NCBI GenBank assembly: GCA_050125095.1
Contig: JASFEA010000041.1
Span: forward strand, 1-21,612
Source of the DNA: a bacterium
GTDB lineage: Bacteria; Arandabacterota; Arandabacteria; Arandabacterales; JALGWA01
DNA length: 21,612 nucleotides
Direction of reading: 5' to 3'
A program made the translations under genes and the position numbers. The notes under the pieces are model-generated. The model searched no databases. It was not told the DNA's origin and saw only the letters and a program-made list of their open reading frames with translations. Of the stretch, positions 7,575 to 15,120 are shown one piece after another. Within the stretch, counting starts at the first letter, position 1. The number at the start of each line of letters is the position of its first letter.

Positions 7575-8939
7575 TCAGGCGGGCTGATTCACCTCGGCCG
7601 CGGAGGCGCAGGACACGGCGGGCGCCGCCAGCGCCTGCCTGGCCCGGGCATCGAATTCCATGGCCAGCCCGCCCAGCCGCGAGAAAACGTTCTCCGGGGC
7701 GGCGCTGTACCGGCCGCGATAAGCGGTGACTCCGTTCTGAAGCGGCGCTTCGGGATGATGATACGGAAACTGAACATGCTCGGGCAACCCGCGGCCCATT
7801 AGAACCTGGTACTCGAGATCCATGGCCGCGAGCTGAGTTTCGACTTCAGAGAAGACGATCCTGCCGTCATACCTGTGGACGTCGTCTCCCCTGCACAGGG
7901 GCAGCAGCGACACTCCCTGCGCATCCTGCATCTGGGCCCCCACGAAGTCGAGCATGGTCGGCATGATGTCGATCAGACTGGAGTGCGCGCGGAGCCTGGC
8001 CGGACTGATACCAGATCTGCGGGGGAACCTGAATATGAGCGGCACGCGGATCTGGTCAAGTCCGACCGTCAGGCCGTGGCAGAAATAGACGTCGTTTTCA
8101 CCCAGCGCCTCACCGTGATTGGAGGTTACGATGAGAAGCACATCGTCGTATATGCCCAGCCGGACGAGGTCCTCTATTAACCTCGCCACACAGGAATCCA
8201 CGTACCTTATGCCACCGTCGTAGCGGGCGACATAGCAGTTGTAGTTGCTTTCATAGTTGAGCAAGTTACCGAAACCGTCGGTCTTGGCCTCCAGGACCTG
8301 GTATGCCGGGATGCCCCCGGTGGCGCCGTCTTCGACCGCTTCCAGGTTCCTCACCGGCAGATCGCGCGCGTCCTTGAGGAAGTGGTCGCCGAACGGGTGG
8401 GGGGCGTCGTAGGGCCCGTGCGCATCCATGTAATGAACCCAGCAGAAGAAGCGGTCGCGCCTGTGCCTGGCAATCCAATCCACGGCGGCCGCATTTGTGT
8501 CCTTCGCCCATCTCCGCATCTCGCCCCTGCACCCCTGCTCGCGATGCGTGACTTCCTCATCGTAGACATCGAAGCCCCTGGTTATGGGAAGCGCGTTGGC
8601 CGCACCCAGCACGGACGAGCTGACAAAGGCACCGGTTGCGAAACCGTTTTTTGAGAGGACCTCGGCGGCCGCGGGCTCCCCGGCCTCAAGCGAGCCGCAT
8701 CCACCGTTCCTGAATTGCACCGCGTGGAAGCTGGGATAGCGCGATGTCATCATCGAGTAATGTGAGGACAGGGCGAAGGAGACGGGACTGAAGACCCAGT
8801 CCAGCATGACATTCTCCCGCGCTATGCGGTCGATAGTGGGACTCGTGTCCCTCGAGTAACCATAGCAGCCGAGATGATCGGCGCGCAGCGTGTCGATGGT
8901 TATTAGGACGATTTGATATGGTCTTGCATGTGCTCGCAT
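7575..8939 (-). CDS. Sulfatase-like hydrolase (alkaline phosphatase superfamily) with degenerate active-site motifs and no signal peptide
   Basis: IVLITIDTLRADHLGCYGYSRDTSPTID, TGAFVSS, RGFDVYD, WVHYMDAHGPY, YDGGIRYVD, VTSNHGEALGE, RVPLI, SLIDIMPTML. Confidence 0.88.
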   Translation of the reverse strand: MRAHARPYQIVLITIDTLRADHLGCYGYSRDTSPTIDRIARENVMLDWVFSPVSFALSSHYSMMTSRYPSFHAVQFRNGGCGSLEAGEPAAAEVLSKNGFATGAFVSSSVLGAANALPITRGFDVYDEEVTHREQGCRGEMRRWAKDTNAAAVDWIARHRRDRFFCWVHYMDAHGPYDAPHPFGDHFLKDARDLPVRNLEAVEDGATGGIPAYQVLEAKTDGFGNLLNYESNYNCYVARYDGGIRYVDSCVARLIEDLVRLGIYDDVLLIVTSNHGEALGENDVYFCHGLTVGLDQIRVPLIFRFPRRSGISPARLRAHSSLIDIMPTMLDFVGAQMQDAQGVSLLPLCRGDDVHRYDGRIVFSEVETQLAAMDLEYQVLMGRGLPEHVQFPYHHPEAPLQNGVTAYRGRYSAAPENVFSRLGGLAMEFDARARQALAAPAVSCASAAEVNQPA

Positions 8940-8949
8940 CCTACATGGA

Positions 8950-8976
8950 TTATCGGCAATCCGCGGTCAGGCTTTA
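8950..8976 (-). promoter_or_regulatory. sigma28 (FliA/SigD/WhiG)-type promoter
   Basis: Minus strand TAAA-gcctgaccgcggatt(15 nt)-GCCGATAA, an exact match to the sigma28 consensus, 10 nt upstream of ATG 8939. Confidence 0.7.
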
Positions 8977-9087
8977 CTGCATGAATACAATGCCCCTGCG
9001 ATCCAAGTGGGCGCATTCGCCGACGGCCATTTTCTTCCCCCCGGGCCCGATGGCATCCATCCGGACCCGCTGCCTCCAAGCGAGGTT

Positions 9088-9116
9088 TTGACTTAGGGCC
9101 AATTGTGAGGTATTAT
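9088..9116 (+). promoter_or_regulatory. sigma70-type promoter for the C25 protease operon
   Basis: TTGACT-17 nt-TATTAT (5/6 and 5/6 consensus) in an AT-rich patch, 55 nt upstream of ATG 9172. Confidence 0.7.
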
Positions 9117-9171
9117 TATGCTGGTGTGGTTCGTGAAAGCGGAACTTCCATATGCGGATAGGAGACCCGAC

Positions 9172-11541
9172 ATGAAAGCAGCGTCCTACCTCGTTTTTGC
9201 CCTGGTCCTTTTCACCTTCACCGCCGCGGGTTATGGAGCCGAGAGCAGTCTCCCGGCTGCTTCCCTTAAGTTCGAAGAACATTCACTCGAGATAGAAACG
9301 ATAGTGATCGGCGGGGAGCAATTCGATCTCATAAGTATGCCCGGGCTGGACCTCACCAGGCAGGTCAGCCTCCCCTGCCTCCCGGTCAAGACCTTGAGCT
9401 TCTATATTCCACGGGGCAAGGCAGTAAAGGCCATAAGGCTGGAGTCAGTGGAAACCGCCACGCTTCCAGGAACCTATACGGTCATGCCGGCACAGCCTGA
9501 ACTTCCGCTTATCCCGGGCATGCCTGCTGAAGCGGCTCTTCCGGACGAATCCGTGTACTCATCCAGCCGCCCCTATCCCCCGTCGCCCGTATCCGAGGCC
9601 GCGTGCGGCTACATAGCGGGCAGGAGGATTGCAAGCGTACGCGTCTTCCCCGTGCAGTACCTGCCGGCGGAGGGAGAGGTCGTGCTCAACACCGATATCG
9701 AGCTCGTGGTGGAGCTTATGGACGCCGTCTCCGAAGCGCCGGTTCCACTGGAGACCGAGGCCGTGCGGAACCTGAGGAACCGGGCAGTGCGGGCCCTGGT
9801 CACCAATGGCGCAGACGTGGACGCCGACTTCACCGGCGGCACGCTCGACCCGTCCGCAGCCACCGAGTACCTCATCATTTCCCACGCCAACCATGTGGAC
9901 GAGTATGAGGCCCTGAGGGAGTGGAAGACCAGGAAGGGCGTACCGGCCGAGATCCTCGCGGTCCCGGACGTGCTTGCCGCATACCCCGGCCGCGACGATG
10001 CGGAAAAGATCAGAAACTGCATCGAGGACTATTATCTGAACGAGAGCACGGCATGGGTCCTTCTTACGCTCTCGGCTCCGAAAGCCGTAATAAGAAGCTG
10101 CCGCTGTTCGGTCGGCGGCACGGAGGAGGACATCCCGTGCGATCTCTACTTCGCGGACATGGACGGAGACTGGAATGACGACGGCGACGCGTACTGGGGC
10201 GAGGTGGGTGACGACGTAGACCTCTACCCCGACCTGTACGTGGGGCGAAGTCCCGCGAACACCGGCATCAGCGCCGCTGTGATCGTTAATAAGATCCTCA
10301 CGTATGAGGGATTCTACACTTATGCGTCCGACTATCAGCTCGAAATGCTCTTCCTCGCGGAGTACGCCGATGCGCAGACCGACGGCGGCATAGCCAAGGA
10401 CCTGATAGACACGGAATCCGTGCCCGCTCGCTTCAACCCGATCGCCAAGCTCTACGAGTCGAGCGCCAATCTCGATAAGTCGACGGCCCTGAACGCCCTC
10501 AATTCGGGCCAGGGTTTCGTAAACCACGACGGCCACGGCAACAACAGCCTCATATCGATAGGGCCGAACGTGCTCGACAAGGAGGACGCCGAGGCCCTCA
10601 CGAACGCGCCGCGCTACTCGGTTCTTTACACCGTGGCATGCCACCCGGGTAACTTCGAATGCCTGTTCGGTTGTTTCGGCCGTTCATTCATAGAGTCTGA
10701 GAACGGCGGGGGGTTCTTCGTGGGCAACTCGCGCTACGGCTGGTACTGGCCGGGCAGTCCCGGCTACGGCACGGGCGAGCTGTACGACAGGGAGTTCTTC
10801 AAGTCCATGTTCACCAGGAACTTCGAGCATCTGGGCGTGATACATGCCGACGCCAAGGCCCAGCGCGCCCCCAACTCCACCTATAACGGTACGGACCGCT
10901 GGACGCAGTTCACGTCAAACCTCTTCGGCTGTCCCGAGACCCCGGTCTGGCTGTATACGCCTCTAACGTTATTCGCCTCGCATGACGCGAGCATTGAAAC
11001 CGGAACGCAGTCATTCGAGGTCTATGTAACCAATGCGGGCTCTCCCTTAAGCGGGGCGAGAGTCTGCCTGTATAAGGGAAGCGACGTATACGAAGTGGAC
11101 GAAACCACGGGTGACGGGCTCGTCACGTTCGTCGTTTCGCCGGCTGATTCGGGCCAGATGACGGTTACGGTTACCAAGAACGGCTACCTGCCCTACCTCG
11201 GAACCACAACGGTGACGGGGGCCGACGCGGGCATAACCCCGGGAGGGATATTGCCACTCTCAATGATGGTGCTCCCGAACCCGGCAATCGGCAGTGTCAG
11301 GGTGTCCTACGCGCTGCCCGGGACGCAGCCGGCGGCCGGTGAAGCGGCGTCGATAGAAATCTATGATGCCCGCGGACGCCTCGTGAATTCGATCCCGGTT
11401 GAGGAGACAACCACGTCACACAAGACCATAACATGGGATGGCCGTTCCCGCCGGGGCGCCAGCGTTCCCGCGGGGATTTACTTCTTGAAGATCTCAAGCG
11501 GGAATGAAACAATCTCAACCAAGTTCGTGTTCCTGAGATAG
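9172..11541 (+). CDS. Secreted peptidase C25 (gingipain-like) with propeptide, Ig-like domain and C-terminal FlgD-Ig/T9SS-like domain
   Basis: ATG 9172 with AGGAG RBS and signal peptide MKAASYLVFALVLFTFTAAGYG. Propeptide (PCLPVK...FPVQYLP), EYLII, WKTRKG, DLYVGR, catalytic NHDGHG and VACHPGNF, NLFGCPETPVW. CTD PNP...IYDARGRLV...WDGR...VPAGIYF...KFVFLR. Confidence 0.92.
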   Translation: MKAASYLVFALVLFTFTAAGYGAESSLPAASLKFEEHSLEIETIVIGGEQFDLISMPGLDLTRQVSLPCLPVKTLSFYIPRGKAVKAIRLESVETATLPGTYTVMPAQPELPLIPGMPAEAALPDESVYSSSRPYPPSPVSEAACGYIAGRRIASVRVFPVQYLPAEGEVVLNTDIELVVELMDAVSEAPVPLETEAVRNLRNRAVRALVTNGADVDADFTGGTLDPSAATEYLIISHANHVDEYEALREWKTRKGVPAEILAVPDVLAAYPGRDDAEKIRNCIEDYYLNESTAWVLLTLSAPKAVIRSCRCSVGGTEEDIPCDLYFADMDGDWNDDGDAYWGEVGDDVDLYPDLYVGRSPANTGISAAVIVNKILTYEGFYTYASDYQLEMLFLAEYADAQTDGGIAKDLIDTESVPARFNPIAKLYESSANLDKSTALNALNSGQGFVNHDGHGNNSLISIGPNVLDKEDAEALTNAPRYSVLYTVACHPGNFECLFGCFGRSFIESENGGGFFVGNSRYGWYWPGSPGYGTGELYDREFFKSMFTRNFEHLGVIHADAKAQRAPNSTYNGTDRWTQFTSNLFGCPETPVWLYTPLTLFASHDASIETGTQSFEVYVTNAGSPLSGARVCLYKGSDVYEVDETTGDGLVTFVVSPADSGQMTVTVTKNGYLPYLGTTTVTGADAGITPGGILPLSMMVLPNPAIGSVRVSYALPGTQPAAGEAASIEIYDARGRLVNSIPVEETTTSHKTITWDGRSRRGASVPAGIYFLKISSGNETISTKFVFLR

Positions 11542-11543
11542 GA

Positions 11544-13406
11544 GTGCGACAGCTGAAAGCCGCGAAGACCGTTCTCATATTCGGGATCATTCCCGCAGCC
11601 TATACAGGCGTCCTGGTCGCCCTCGAGCTGGCGGGCGTCAACTATCTCTGGAAGTCCCCCCAGGACATGATATTCCTGCTTTTCTGGTCGGCGCTTCTGT
11701 TCGGGATAGGGGGAGGCGCGGTCGCGGCGGTGGTTGCGGCGGTGGGATTCTGGAGGAAGCTCGAGCCGCCGATCGTCTATTTCCTCACCGTGACGATACT
11801 CACCACCATAATCCTTTTCATCGACCGTTTCGGCTGGTGTTATGCCTGCCACCAGTTCCTGGACAAACGCGCGCCCCATCTCATCTACGCGCCGGCCAAG
11901 AGCTTCATGTTGACCGTGGCGCTCGCCATCGGGTGCGTCGCGGTAGGAGCCCTCGTGGGCGGCATCGTGTTCCTGCTCATCAGATTCTGGCGCGCACGCT
12001 CCGTGAGAATCGGAGTCTATGCCGTGGCAGGCGGCTGCCTGGCCCTGGCGGTGGTCTTGAGCATCCTCTCCACGCCCACGATTGGCGTGAAGTCCTACAC
12101 GATCGAAGAGGCCGGGATTCCCGAGCGCCGGGGCGGCGTAGGCAGGGTGCTCATCATCGTGGACGACGGCGTTACATGGGACATCATCGACTCGCTTATG
12201 GCAGAGCGCAAGCTCCCGGCGTACAGGCACCTCGTCCAGAACGGCGTGCGCGCCCATCTGGCGACTCTATCGCCGACGGTTTCCCCTCCCATCTGGACAA
12301 CGCTCGCGACAGGGCATACGCCGCTCAGGCACGGCATCGGCGGTTTCATAAACTACGCTTATCCCGGAATGGCCAACGGCATCTCCGCCTTCCCGTGCCC
12401 GACGCGGATGATGCTCCCCGAGATATTCATAAAGCTCCATGCCATGGGATTCGGGAGCTCGCGCCCGCTGGGCCCGAGCCACAGGAAGGTAAGAACAATA
12501 TGGAACGTCGCCGGGGACATGGGTATCGACGTCGGCATAGTCGGGTGGCGCTACACCTGGCCGGTGGAGAAAGTCAACGGCTTCATGGTATCCGACCGGC
12601 TCCATTACGACAGGCCCAAGAACCACGTGTATCCCCCCGAGCTGATTCCCTATGTCAACAAGCTGATAAGGGAAGTGCCGGAAGCCGATCCGAGGCCATT
12701 CGTATCCTGCAAGATCGAATCCCTGGTCGTCCAGCCCAGGGCGGCGGAGAGGCTGAGACTGCTCAGGCACTTTGTGACAACTGACATCAAGTACCAGCTG
12801 GTGGCGGACAGTCTTTTTACGTCGCTCAACCCGGCCCTGATGGCGGTAGGGCTTACCAGCATAGACGCAATCGAGCACCTGTTCTACTACGAACACTCTC
12901 TGTCTCATGAGCCGGCGAGATTCGCGTTTTCACGGTACCTGTCACGCTTCACAACCCCGTACCTGGTTGAGTGCCTGGGCGGCGTGATAGACAGCACCTA
13001 TGTTCTCCACGACCGGCTCATGCAGCACTGGATAGACTGGCTGGGCGAGGATGGCGTTCTCATCATCTTTTCGGACCACGGCCATGTGATGGACGGAAAC
13101 GCGCATCATTATCCTGAGCCAGGCATACTCATCATGTACGGCAAACCGTTCCGGAAGGGACTCAACCTGTCGAAGGCGACTGTATACGACATCGTCCCCA
13201 CGGTGCTCTATCTCCTGGGGCTGCCCGTGCCGGAGGACATGCCGGGCGAGGTCCTTGAGGACGCCATGTTGGGCGCCTTCATGGACAGGAACCCCATAAG
13301 AACGGTGAAGTCCTACGAGACCAGCGAGCTCGAAGAGCTCGAGCGGCCGCCCGAGGTAGACGACGAGCTGCTCCAGAAGCTCAAGGCCCTCGGGTATATC
13401 AGGTAA
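11544..13406 (+). CDS. Membrane-anchored alkaline-phosphatase-superfamily protein (type I phosphodiesterase/nucleotide pyrophosphatase-like)
   Basis: About 5 N-terminal TM helices, then VDDGVTW, PTVSPPIWTTLATG..PLRHGI, WPVEKVNG, DAIEH, FSDHGH, YDIVPTVLYLLGLP..DMPG and C-terminal LKALGYI. GTG start is 2 nt after the C25 stop. Confidence 0.88.
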   Translation: MRQLKAAKTVLIFGIIPAAYTGVLVALELAGVNYLWKSPQDMIFLLFWSALLFGIGGGAVAAVVAAVGFWRKLEPPIVYFLTVTILTTIILFIDRFGWCYACHQFLDKRAPHLIYAPAKSFMLTVALAIGCVAVGALVGGIVFLLIRFWRARSVRIGVYAVAGGCLALAVVLSILSTPTIGVKSYTIEEAGIPERRGGVGRVLIIVDDGVTWDIIDSLMAERKLPAYRHLVQNGVRAHLATLSPTVSPPIWTTLATGHTPLRHGIGGFINYAYPGMANGISAFPCPTRMMLPEIFIKLHAMGFGSSRPLGPSHRKVRTIWNVAGDMGIDVGIVGWRYTWPVEKVNGFMVSDRLHYDRPKNHVYPPELIPYVNKLIREVPEADPRPFVSCKIESLVVQPRAAERLRLLRHFVTTDIKYQLVADSLFTSLNPALMAVGLTSIDAIEHLFYYEHSLSHEPARFAFSRYLSRFTTPYLVECLGGVIDSTYVLHDRLMQHWIDWLGEDGVLIIFSDHGHVMDGNAHHYPEPGILIMYGKPFRKGLNLSKATVYDIVPTVLYLLGLPVPEDMPGEVLEDAMLGAFMDRNPIRTVKSYETSELEELERPPEVDDELLQKLKALGYIR

Positions 13407-13450
13407 CGGCCGCGGCCTTGCCCGATCTCATCAGTCTCCTTACTTTCTCC

Positions 13451-13480
13451 TTGAGTAAGACCCCGCTGAGGCCTCATATT
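13451..13480 (+). promoter_or_regulatory. Weak putative sigma70-type promoter with overlapping palindrome
   Basis: TTGAGT-18 nt-CATATT, with the 10-bp palindrome TGAGGCCTCA at 13467-13476. Confidence 0.3.
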
Positions 13481-13509
13481 AGATAGACGGACCGGACAGG
13501 AGGGGTAAT

Positions 13510-15120
13510 CTGTCATCATTCTTCGTAATGCTCGGGACCGGCGAGCAGAAGCTGGTCACCAGCGAGAAGCGCATACTCAGGATCGGGCGCCTGCCGTCGA
13601 GCGAGATCTTCATTGACGACCCGGTCGTGTCCAGGCGCCATGCCGAGGTCTATCTTGCGGACGAAGGGTACTTCGTTCGCGATACAGGCAGCCGGAACGG
13701 CACCTTCCTTAACGGCGAGCGCGTATTCGACCCGATAGCCCTCAAGCCGGGAGACGTAATCGGCATAGGAAGCTCGCGTGTCGTGTATGAACCCAGCGAC
13801 AGCGTCGCCTTCCTTAAGGACGGTCAGGAAACACAGTCCACCTCATCCATAAGCCTGTCCGATCCCACGCCGGCGAAACTAGCGAGCGCCCCCGTCGCGC
13901 TGCTGGAGACGGTGGCGGAGGTAGCGCGCAAGATCGCCCAACCGCAGCCGCTGGAGATATTGCTGGACTCCATCCTCAAGATCTGCATAGAGAAGACGGC
14001 GGCCCAGCGAGGGGCAATAATGCTCATAGAAGACGACGGCGATCTCAAGCCCAAGGCCTTTATATCGACCTCCAGGGCGCACGCGAAGTTCGCCATCAGC
14101 CGGACAATTGCGAATCAGGCCATAAGGGAAAACCAGGCCATCCTCATCAGAGACGTCGAGGGTGATGAACATCTCAAGATGAGCGAGAGCATCGCCAGCC
14201 TCAAGATAAGGTCGGCGATATGCACGCCCCTCTGGAACGGCGAGAAAACCGTCGGGATCCTCTACGTCGATACCACCGAGCGAAGCAGTCTCTTCGATGA
14301 AACCGACCTTTATTTCTTCTCCGCCCTTACGGGCCTCATCGCCGAGAAGATAGAGAACGCCCTTCTGGCGGAAATAGCCAAGGAAAAGGGGAGACTCGAC
14401 ACCGAGATCGAGATTGCAAGAGACATACAGCAGAACCTTTTCCCCAAGTCGATCCCCGAAATCGCCGGATACGACGTGGCGTGTTTTAACCGTCCGAGCA
14501 CGGAGGTCGGCGGCGATTACTACGATGTGCTGACCGTGGACGACAATTGCTACGGCCTGGCGATCGGCGACGTGGTGGGAAAGGGCATCGGCGCCGCCAT
14601 GCTGATGTCGAACCTGCAGGCGGTGCTGCGGGCGAGGGCCTGGAACATCAGGAGCCCGCGCGCCCTTCTCAATCGCATAAACGCCGACATAGCGGGAAGG
14701 GTCGGCGAGGGCCGGTTCATCACCTTCTGCTACTTCCTCCTGGATTCCGAGAACGACAGGCTGGCCTACTCCAATGCAGGCCACAACCCGCCATACCTCT
14801 GCAGGGGCGGCGAAATCCACGAGCTGGATGTCAGCGGCATCCCCCTCGGCATTTTCGGCGATAGCCAGTACGAGGAATCCGAGGAGCCTCTCTCGGTAAA
14901 CGACGTGGTGATTCTCTACAGCGACGGCATAACCGAGTGCATGAACGAGAATGAAGATGAGTTCGGGGATGACCGTCTCAAGCAAGTCCTGGCCGCAAAC
15001 TTGCAAAAAGGCGCGCATGACATAAGCGAAGCCATCGTGCGGTCCGTCGACGAATTCCGCGAGGAAGCTCCCAGTTCCGACGACATCACGCTTGTCGTGC
15101 TCAAGCGCCTCGCAGGCTAG
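13510..15120 (+). CDS. FHA-GAF-SpoIIE/RsbU (PP2C) serine/threonine phosphatase
   Basis: FHA (IGR, SRRHA, DTGSRNGTFLNG), GAF (AISRTI, IRSAICTPL, GILYVD), PP2C (VGGDYYD, GDVVGKG, NAGH, YSDGITE, DDIT). Start is probably CTG 13510 behind AGGAGGGG; the first ATG is at 13528. Confidence 0.92.
   Translation: MSSFFVMLGTGEQKLVTSEKRILRIGRLPSSEIFIDDPVVSRRHAEVYLADEGYFVRDTGSRNGTFLNGERVFDPIALKPGDVIGIGSSRVVYEPSDSVAFLKDGQETQSTSSISLSDPTPAKLASAPVALLETVAEVARKIAQPQPLEILLDSILKICIEKTAAQRGAIMLIEDDGDLKPKAFISTSRAHAKFAISRTIANQAIRENQAILIRDVEGDEHLKMSESIASLKIRSAICTPLWNGEKTVGILYVDTTERSSLFDETDLYFFSALTGLIAEKIENALLAEIAKEKGRLDTEIEIARDIQQNLFPKSIPEIAGYDVACFNRPSTEVGGDYYDVLTVDDNCYGLAIGDVVGKGIGAAMLMSNLQAVLRARAWNIRSPRALLNRINADIAGRVGEGRFITFCYFLLDSENDRLAYSNAGHNPPYLCRGGEIHELDVSGIPLGIFGDSQYEESEEPLSVNDVVILYSDGITECMNENEDEFGDDRLKQVLAANLQKGAHDISEAIVRSVDEFREEAPSSDDITLVVLKRLAG

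Noticed and set aside
9101..9109. AATTGTGAG, identical to a lac operator half-site, in the promoter spacer
   Set aside because: There is no second half-site or symmetry, and a 9-nt match can arise by chance.
8974..9282. 102-aa minus-strand ORF across the divergent promoter region
   Set aside because: It overlaps the protease start and promoter antisense and has no recognisable features.
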